Below are positions 9,365 through 16,690 of a stretch of DNA of 64,000 bases, piece by piece (within the stretch, counting starts at the first letter, position 1; every line of letters begins with the position of its first letter). Source of the DNA: Candidatus Babeliales bacterium (GTDB taxonomy: Bacteria; Babelota; Babeliae; Babelales; JBFXEV01); NCBI GenBank assembly GCA_050179755.1, contig JBFXEV010000001.1, positions 1,193,994-1,257,993 on the forward strand, given 5' to 3'. The position numbers and the translations under genes were made by a program. A model generated the notes under the pieces. The model ran no database searches. It worked only from the letters and a program-made list of their open reading frames with translations, and was not told the DNA's origin.

Positions 9365-10474
9365 TCAAACATATTTTCTGTTTTTTACGGCGTTACAAAT
9401 TAATCCTACCATAATCAAACTACCAACAAGCGCGGAGTTACCGTAACTGACAAACGGTAAACCAATTCCTTTGGTTGGTACCAATCCGCACGCAACGGCA
9501 ATATTAATTACCGCTTGCAAACTAATTAGCATTACAAAGCCAAGTGTAAGCAATGTAGCAAACATATCATTAAGCTGCCATGCAATGCGCATGCCAAAGT
9601 AGAGTAGCATTGCATAAAGCAAAATTAATATGGTTGCACCTACAAATCCCGTTTCTTCTGCAATAATGGAAAATATAAAATCAGTATGTTGCATAGGTAA
9701 ATAAAAGAATTTCTGTTTAGATTGTGCCACACCAATGCCAAGCCAGCTGCCAGAGCCAATTGCAATAAGCGATTGGATAATTTGGAATCCTGCTCCTTGA
9801 GGATCTTCCCATGGATTTAAAAAGGTGAGTATTCGCTGCCAACGATACGGCTTAAAATAAATAAGTGCTGCTACAACAGGAAGTGCAGCAAGTAAGGTAA
9901 TAAATAAATGCCATAAGTTTGCATGCACAATAAAGAGCATCAGAAAAGCTGTGGCGCTTAAAGTAACTGTCATACCAAAATCAGGTTGTTTAAGTAATAC
10001 GGCACTTGCCATTCCAACAATTATTAAGAATGTAAGATAGCGTTTGAGTGTTGGTGCTTTATAATGATGCGTATCAAGAAAGCGCGCTAAATAGAGTACA
10101 AAAGCCACTTTTAATAATTCACTCGGTTGAAAGCTAAAGCTGCCAAGTTGTAGCCAGCGGGCAGAGCCGTGTATGCGAGAACCTAAGGCAGGAACGAGCG
10201 TGAGTGCAGTAAGTGCAAGAGCGCTTATAAAAAGCAAGGGGCTTATGGATTTAATAAAAGAAAGCGGTATAGTGCGCGCCAACCAAAATGCAATAAGGCC
10301 AACCACAAGGCCAATAAGTTGTTTCTTTAAAAAATAATGAGGGCTTCCATGAAGTTCTAGAGCGGCAACGGAACTTGCCGAATAGATAAACAAAAGGCCA
10401 ATAATAACCAATGCAGTTACTATGCCCAAAAAGATATTTAAATCGGCTTGAAGCCGTTTCCGCTCTACAAACAT
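9365..10474 (-). CDS. ftsW: SEDS peptidoglycan polymerase FtsW
   Basis: GSARW, FQPSELLK, KQPDFG, LPMQHTDFIFSIIAEETG, GLPFVSYG. Confidence 0.93.
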   Translation of the reverse strand: MFVERKRLQADLNIFLGIVTALVIIGLLFIYSASSVAALELHGSPHYFLKKQLIGLVVGLIAFWLARTIPLSFIKSISPLLFISALALTALTLVPALGSRIHGSARWLQLGSFSFQPSELLKVAFVLYLARFLDTHHYKAPTLKRYLTFLIIVGMASAVLLKQPDFGMTVTLSATAFLMLFIVHANLWHLFITLLAALPVVAALIYFKPYRWQRILTFLNPWEDPQGAGFQIIQSLIAIGSGSWLGIGVAQSKQKFFYLPMQHTDFIFSIIAEETGFVGATILILLYAMLLYFGMRIAWQLNDMFATLLTLGFVMLISLQAVINIAVACGLVPTKGIGLPFVSYGNSALVGSLIMVGLICNAVKNRKYV

Positions 10475-10476
10475 GA

Positions 10477-10881
10477 TTACGAGATTACGACGTTTGCAAA
10501 ATATGTTTTTGCAGGAGTTCCATCTTCACGCCAATGTTGTTTATATACTAATTCAATGGCAGTAGTTCCTTTTTCAAGTGCGGTGAATGCCCATGTTTCA
10601 TACCCTGTAAGATCAGGCGTTACTCTATCAGCAGGTATTTCTTGGAATGACCGTTTTACTTCTTTTAGATGAGCGGTTTCAAGTGGCGTGCGATATGACC
10701 AGCCATAACCGCCAGTAGGGTTTGCAGGGAGACGAATTTGGAACGTTTGACCTACTTTTACTGGTATGGTGCCTTCAAGCGCCATTTCGGGTTTAGAATC
10801 TTCTTTTTTTGATTCTCCACAACCAGGGGCAACAAGCAAAAAGGCTGAAAATAACAATAAGGAAAGGGTTTTTTGATTCAT
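10477..10881 (-). CDS. Chagasin-family (I42) cysteine protease inhibitor lipoprotein
   Basis: Lipobox-like APGC; L.ANPTGGYGW; LVYKQHW. Confidence 0.8.
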   Translation of the reverse strand: MNQKTLSLLLFSAFLLVAPGCGESKKEDSKPEMALEGTIPVKVGQTFQIRLPANPTGGYGWSYRTPLETAHLKEVKRSFQEIPADRVTPDLTGYETWAFTALEKGTTAIELVYKQHWREDGTPAKTYFANVVIS

Positions 10882-10996
10882 TTTGTTCTCTCGGTAGGTT
10901 TAGTAAGGTTAATAAGATTCTCCCCTGTAAGCGTAGTACAAGTTCCCTATTTTTGCAAATTGAACCTCTGGGATAGGTGAGGAATAAATGCAAGAG

Positions 10997-11024
10997 TTGA
11001 CAAATAGTCAATTTTATATATATT
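10997..11024 (+). promoter_or_regulatory. Sigma70-type promoter with palindrome over -35
   Basis: TTGACA-N16-TATATT; TTGAC-AAATA-GTCAA inverted repeat. Confidence 0.55.
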
Positions 11025-11063
11025 TATAGTAGAATTATTAAGTCTCATAAGGGGGTTTTTACT

Positions 11064-12590
11064 ATGAAATTCCATTCATACTTACCTGTTTTAGTAGTAT
11101 TCATAAGCGCTCATTTTATACTCAATGCAATGGAGCCAGAAACTCTTACTGTGCATACCAAGCGCTTTGGTAAGGCAATTAGCTTTACACGCCCTGCGCT
11201 TAGTGGTTTGGATCAAAAATTATGGCCGGTTGTCTTTTCAGGTTGTAGAGCAAAAAATGAAAGGCAACGAGCTGCAGTGGTAAGCATGTTAGAAAAATTA
11301 ATAACTCAAGGCGCTAATCTCAACGGTCAATATGTTATAACTAACGATGATGAAACTGCTGCACAAGTTGGTTTAGAGCAAGCTGGCTTTACACCGCTTG
11401 AATGTTCAATTGTGGCAGGTAATGTTCAATTTTCACGTGATTTGTTGAAGTTGGGTGCTCGTGTTGATGCTCCTTCTGATATGAATTCGGCGCTACATGC
11501 TGCAGCACTTAATAGTAATGCACGAGTTGTTCCAGAACTTCTTGCTCGTGGCGCAGATGTTAATTTCCGCGACATGTGGGGGCAATCAGCAATATTTAAT
11601 GCAGTTTACAATAAAGACCATGCAATCTTTGATGCGTTAGCTAAAGATCCCTCACTTGAATGTGATGTTCCTGATAATCATGGCCAAACAGCATTGCATT
11701 ATGCCGTATTAGTGCAGGATCCCTCTCTTGTTATGATTAGTAAATTGCTTGCGCGCGGCGCAAGTCCGCACAAAGAAGATCGCTTAGGGTGTTCTCCCCT
11801 TGGATACGCTCGCTTGGCAGGCAATAAGCCAGTTGTAGATATGCTTGAAGGTAAAGTAGCTCAAGATGGATGGCTTGCAGGAACGGTTACTGCAGATTCT
11901 TATAAAGCTAAGCAAAAAAAACGTGAAACTTCTGGTGCCAAGAGACAAACAAATAAATCAAAGAAAAAGGCTAATGAGTTAAAGAGATCAACTTCGGGTG
12001 TGCAAATTGAGCCGATTTCTCCTACTAAGAAAATTAGAGAAGCGTTGCAAGGGGTCACGCTTGGTTCACCGCGTGTTTTATTTAATCAAACTAGTGACGC
12101 AGTAGAAGAGGTAGAAACCTTACAACCAGAACAACATAACTTTATTGAGCTTACATTTGATGCGCGCGTAACAGATTGGTTTGATGAAACATTTTTAAAT
12201 GAAGAAAAAGAAAAGTCTACATCGCATTTGCAGCTTGCTCGTTCGATTTATTATCACCAAATTCCTCAAGACGTAATTCGTTGTGTAATGCAACATGGCA
12301 AGCGCGAACCTTATGAGAGTCAGACGCGCAAAGATAGTGGAACTACATGGTATTTAAGAGGCAACATGATATTCGAAAATGCTTATGAAAATCCATGGCA
12401 ACAAGGTAAAGGTAATCAGCCAGGTTGGTATCACTGCACCATGGATTCACGCGGCGTGATATATCATGTTGGTTTTGATGTTATAAAAGAAAGTGCGCCC
12501 TTGCTTTCTGCATTCTTGCCAAAAGGTATTACTAAAGAAGTTACTTATCCTGGTGCACTAGCAGGTATTAGCCATCAGTTTGTATTATAA
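11064..12590 (+). CDS. Secreted ankyrin-repeat protein with unknown C-terminal domain
   Basis: Signal ending NA-ME; SALHAAA, GQTALHYAV, GCSPLGYA; basic linker. Confidence 0.88.
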   Translation: MKFHSYLPVLVVFISAHFILNAMEPETLTVHTKRFGKAISFTRPALSGLDQKLWPVVFSGCRAKNERQRAAVVSMLEKLITQGANLNGQYVITNDDETAAQVGLEQAGFTPLECSIVAGNVQFSRDLLKLGARVDAPSDMNSALHAAALNSNARVVPELLARGADVNFRDMWGQSAIFNAVYNKDHAIFDALAKDPSLECDVPDNHGQTALHYAVLVQDPSLVMISKLLARGASPHKEDRLGCSPLGYARLAGNKPVVDMLEGKVAQDGWLAGTVTADSYKAKQKKRETSGAKRQTNKSKKKANELKRSTSGVQIEPISPTKKIREALQGVTLGSPRVLFNQTSDAVEEVETLQPEQHNFIELTFDARVTDWFDETFLNEEKEKSTSHLQLARSIYYHQIPQDVIRCVMQHGKREPYESQTRKDSGTTWYLRGNMIFENAYENPWQQGKGNQPGWYHCTMDSRGVIYHVGFDVIKESAPLLSAFLPKGITKEVTYPGALAGISHQFVL

Positions 12591-12611
12591 AATTTAATTA
12601 GTATAAAAGTG

Positions 12612-12646
12612 CAAATAGGCCTCAAACTCTGAGGCCTATTTGTTTA
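12612..12646. terminator. Terminator hairpin between convergent genes
   Basis: CAAATAGGCCTCA-AACTC-TGAGGCCTATTTG. Confidence 0.8.
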
Positions 12647-12742
12647 GTACGGGATATGTAGGTCTGTACTCATATGTTAAGATTGAAAAATAAATGACTT
12701 ACGGTCATGCATCATTAGTTATGCCATAAATTAAATTATTGT

Positions 12743-14137
12743 CTACAAACGGTTCTGTACTAATTTTTTAAAACAGTTACCACGTTCTTCATAATGTTTA
12801 AATAAATCGTAGCTGGAGCCCCCAGGTGAAAGCAATACCGTATCACCTGCTGTTGCAATAGTGCACGCTTTTTCAAATGCTTCTTCAAGAGTTGCAGCGC
12901 TCGTGTAAGCGCGATCTGCAGTTTTGCACATATCGCCCAATGATTCGGCTTCTTTGCCAAAGCATATAACATGTGTAACGTTGTGAGGTAATTGTTGTAT
13001 ATAGGGTGTGCGATCTACGCCTTTACTTAAGCCTCCAAGTAATAATATAATTGGGCCTTTAACTTGCTCTACTGCAGCAAGCGTTGACTGGGCAATAGTG
13101 GCTTTTGAATCATTAATAAAGTGCACGCCATGCACGGTACCAATTAGTTCCATGCGATGTTCAAGCTCTTTAAAGCAGGGTGACGTGTGATAAATATCGC
13201 CTTTATCAAGAAGATTAAATCCTGCAAAACAAATTAACCAATTAATTGCTTGCGTGCCAATAAGTGCTTCGGGTAAATCAACAATTACTTTTATGGTGGT
13301 GCCATGTTTTTTAATAACTTGCGTGTCATGGTAATAAAAGAGTGTGCAGTGTTGTGGTAATAAACTTATTTGTGCAGTAGTAGGTTCGTGTAGGCTGAAA
13401 AAATTAAGATGCGCTTTGAGCGCAGGTAAGTAACCTTGTGCATGTAGCACAGGCAATAACTCAAGCGGCATGAGTGCGTGCTGGGTTTCTTTTTGATAGA
13501 GAAACAATTTCATCTTTGCAGCAAGATATTCTTCCATAGTCCCATGCCTATCCAGATGATTAGGATAGAGGTTAGTAAGAATGGCAACATCAGGAGCATA
13601 ACGTTTGTTATGTTCTAATTGAAAGCTAGAAAGTTCTACCACGCCAATTTCAGGATCTACTTGTTCATTAATCACCGGATCAATCCAATGAATTAATGCC
13701 AGCAATGGGGTGCCGATATTGCCTACCGCAATGCTATAGGTACTGTGCGCATTAAGCAAAGCATCAAGTTGCGTGGTTACCGTTGTTTTGCCAACAGTAC
13801 CGGTAATAGCAACTGTTGGCGTTGTCGCATAATGCGCGAATATGTCAACTTCTGCAAGCCATTTGTGAGCAAACTGCGCATGAGGGCGTAAATCAATGCC
13901 GGGGCTTGGTACAATATAATCATGTGATTCCAAAAAATGCAGTAAATCATTTTCATTTTTTTGGTGAATAAATTTGGCATTACTTTCTGACAAGAGTCCA
14001 AACTGTTCAGCCGTCATCGAATGTGCATCAAGCACGGTAATGTGCTTGCAATAGCGCGAAAGAAATTGCACTGCCGAGGTGCCAACGGCGCCAAATCCCC
14101 AAATGCCTAATTTTTTATTTTTCATAAAATATTCCAA
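12743..14137 (-). CDS. murD: UDP-N-acetylmuramoyl-L-alanine--D-glutamate ligase
   Basis: SPGI, AITGTVGKTT, ELSSFQLE, HLDRH, EHRME, NDSKAT, LLSPGGSSYDLF. Confidence 0.95.
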   Translation of the reverse strand: MEYFMKNKKLGIWGFGAVGTSAVQFLSRYCKHITVLDAHSMTAEQFGLLSESNAKFIHQKNENDLLHFLESHDYIVPSPGIDLRPHAQFAHKWLAEVDIFAHYATTPTVAITGTVGKTTVTTQLDALLNAHSTYSIAVGNIGTPLLALIHWIDPVINEQVDPEIGVVELSSFQLEHNKRYAPDVAILTNLYPNHLDRHGTMEEYLAAKMKLFLYQKETQHALMPLELLPVLHAQGYLPALKAHLNFFSLHEPTTAQISLLPQHCTLFYYHDTQVIKKHGTTIKVIVDLPEALIGTQAINWLICFAGFNLLDKGDIYHTSPCFKELEHRMELIGTVHGVHFINDSKATIAQSTLAAVEQVKGPIILLLGGLSKGVDRTPYIQQLPHNVTHVICFGKEAESLGDMCKTADRAYTSAATLEEAFEKACTIATAGDTVLLSPGGSSYDLFKHYEERGNCFKKLVQNRL

Positions 14138-14369
14138 GCTCTTTACATTTTAATGTTTTGTAAGTTCTTTTTTGAAAATGAGCTTTATCTGTTATTTAGT
14201 GTTATTAGTGTAGTTTTTTTAGAGGTAGTTGAAAAGGCTTAATTATGGCAAATCATATTGAGATGCTGTTTTTGGATTGTTTAGTTTTAAAAAATGAGTA
14301 CAATTGAGCTGATTCAAATTCCATAGTTTTTCTATACACCAGTTAGTTAGCTTTAACAAGGGATGTACT

Positions 14370-15644
14370 ATGTCTGTTCACAAATATATTCTTTTTTTTA
14401 TTTGTTTATTTGGTTCTCAATTAAATGCAGGATTTATTGCAGGGACTATTATCAAAACAACGCAAGGTTATATTCCCATTGAGATGATAGTAGAAGGTGA
14501 CCAAGTATGCTCTTACAATACTGAAAAGAATGTATTTGAATTCTATGCGGTTACGCATATAAATCAAAAGAAGGTGACTCATTTAAAAAGCATTGCGGTT
14601 GATCAAGCTATTATTATTACTGATACAGAACAGCAGTTTTATCTATGCAATGAAGAAAAATGGATCAATGCTTTAGATTTACAGCCTGGAATGCAACTGC
14701 AAAGTTATTTGAATAAAAAGTTATGCATTAGTGAGGTAAAAGATTTTTTTATTAATGCAATTATTTACGAATTGACAGTTGAATGTAATCATAATTTTTG
14801 TGTAACAACACATGAGCTTGTTGCGCATAATTTTGTAATCGCTATACCAATTTTGGTTTTTGGAAGTGGGAAAATAGCTTTGGCTACAGGAGCTTTTAAA
14901 GCATTTGTTCTTGGAGCTGGAACCGCGCTTGGTTATATTGCAATTTCTAAGATGATAGGAGCATCGTTAGATGAAAATATGGATCTTTCTCATGTAAATT
15001 TTGAATCTTCTGATCCATTTGCGCAGAAAGGCGGCATTTACGAAGTTGAGAAACAAACTCATGGACCGCGTGCTGGTCAAGGTTGCATCACAGGCGTGCA
15101 TGATACGTCTACTTCATTTCCTAAAAAGCCATGCGTACAACCGCTGAGTGGCACTACTGAGTTAACTTGCGGGACTGGCAATGAGAAATCACTCATTTAT
15201 GGAGATTATGTAGGAAAGCAATCAAGTGAAATATTGCCCCAAGATGCTGTATTTGAAAAGAGATGCATCATTTCTGATCCAAAGTTACTAAGTGAGCTTG
15301 AGCAAAAAGAAAATGGTTTTGCTGAATTGGACTTGAATGCAGTAAAAGAACAAGCCGCTTTGTACAAAAAGAATTCTCAACCAAAAGCACCAGACCCTAA
15401 TGGAGCGCAGGCGCCGGGCTTACCTGAAGAAAAACATGGTTTTGAGCCGCCAAAAAATTGGGACGGTAAAAAAGTAAGACACCCAGATAATGGAAGAATT
15501 GGTTGGCCAGATAAGTATGGTTATATATGGGTTCCGTCAGGACCGTTTGGGCATGGTGGTGCGCATTGGGATGTGCAAGATCCTGATGGTAGAAGTTATG
15601 ATAATGTTTATCCAAGCGGACATATTAGGCCAGGAAGAAAATAA
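14370..15644 (+). CDS. Polymorphic toxin: signal peptide + Hint domain + C-terminal Ntox37-like domain
   Basis: GFIAGT...YELTVECNHNFCV...LVAHN is a Hint pattern; C-terminus GWPDKYGYIWVPSG..GHGGAHWDVQ resembles type-37 toxins. Confidence 0.8.
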   Translation: MSVHKYILFFICLFGSQLNAGFIAGTIIKTTQGYIPIEMIVEGDQVCSYNTEKNVFEFYAVTHINQKKVTHLKSIAVDQAIIITDTEQQFYLCNEEKWINALDLQPGMQLQSYLNKKLCISEVKDFFINAIIYELTVECNHNFCVTTHELVAHNFVIAIPILVFGSGKIALATGAFKAFVLGAGTALGYIAISKMIGASLDENMDLSHVNFESSDPFAQKGGIYEVEKQTHGPRAGQGCITGVHDTSTSFPKKPCVQPLSGTTELTCGTGNEKSLIYGDYVGKQSSEILPQDAVFEKRCIISDPKLLSELEQKENGFAELDLNAVKEQAALYKKNSQPKAPDPNGAQAPGLPEEKHGFEPPKNWDGKKVRHPDNGRIGWPDKYGYIWVPSGPFGHGGAHWDVQDPDGRSYDNVYPSGHIRPGRK

Positions 15645-15653
15645 AGGAAAAAT

Positions 15654-15920
15654 ATGCAAGAAATTGTTTTGATATGTACACCGTTGAGATTTTATAGTCA
15701 AAATGATGAAGATTTAATGTTTGGATGGCTCGATAAAATTAAAAGTGTAACAAGTTATAAAGGCATTGGTCGTGAATTACATGTATATATAAAATCTAAA
15801 AATATACCTAAATTAGACTTATTAGAGCTGATGGGAATATTTGATAGATATAAATTTGATGCAAAGCAATTAGAAATTTTTAAGAATGAATCAAATCAGA
15901 AATGGTTTGAAGAGAATTAA
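15654..15920 (+). CDS. Probable cognate immunity protein
   Basis: 88-aa AT-rich ORF 9 nt downstream of the toxin, no signal peptide. Confidence 0.65.
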   Translation: MQEIVLICTPLRFYSQNDEDLMFGWLDKIKSVTSYKGIGRELHVYIKSKNIPKLDLLELMGIFDRYKFDAKQLEIFKNESNQKWFEEN

Positions 15921-16013
15921 TTGTAAGTTTTCTAAATCTTGCATTGTTTAGCGCTTTTTTGTAGCACTCTTGCCTTTATTACCCATTTTTGGTTATGCTA
16001 AAAGTAAAGGGGG

Positions 16014-16484
16014 ATGGCTTTAATACGCCATAAAAAGGTAATTATAATGAACATCAAACAATTCTATACTATTATTGCATCTGTTTTAGCGCTTATTTCA
16101 TTGGGCATTATTAGCTCGTTAAGAGCGGTAAAGCTGGAAGATCCCACCAAATCTTTAGATTTTCGAGTGCGAGAATGTTTAAAAACCGACTATCCGGGCC
16201 AATGTGTGCGTAAGCGCGGGCTTATTGTGCCTGGTTTAACTCGTATTCACCGTTTTGTTATCTATGGCGGAGAATTAAACGTAAATAGGCGGCGCGAGAG
16301 TGGTTTGCCCAATGACGAGTATAGGCAGCTTGATGAAGACTTTTTGCAAGTAGTCATCTCTTCAGGTGCCCGCATTAATACCAAAGATAGTCTTGGCCTT
16401 ACTGCTCTAGATTATGCCCAAAAGAATAGCAATATGTTTGCTATTCTCAGGCGTGCCGGCGCAAAGCATAGCTCAGAACTCTGA
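16014..16484 (+). CDS. Secreted protein with one C-terminal ankyrin repeat
   Basis: GARINTKDSLGLTALDYA...LRRAGAK. Likely start 16047. Confidence 0.7.
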   Translation: MALIRHKKVIIMNIKQFYTIIASVLALISLGIISSLRAVKLEDPTKSLDFRVRECLKTDYPGQCVRKRGLIVPGLTRIHRFVIYGGELNVNRRRESGLPNDEYRQLDEDFLQVVISSGARINTKDSLGLTALDYAQKNSNMFAILRRAGAKHSSEL

Positions 16485-16510
16485 AATATAAGCAATAAGA
16501 GGCTATTCTT

Positions 16511-16563
16511 CCGCTTTAACCCTTCGATACTATTCTGCCACGCAGAATCATTCAGGGTGAGCG
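16511..16563. repeat. REP-like palindromic element
   Basis: CGCTTTAACCCTTCGATAC-[ATTCTGC CAC GCAGAAT]-TTCAGGGTGAGCG nested hairpin. Confidence 0.55.
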
Positions 16564-16690
16564 TCGCGCATCAAAATATTTCAATTTGTAACAATTTCCT
16601 CTAGGCGCAGTTTAGCCTAAATTTTCTTGAGTATTGTATTGTTTCTGGCAGACTTATACTATGTTTACGTGAAGCCTTATAAGGATCAGA

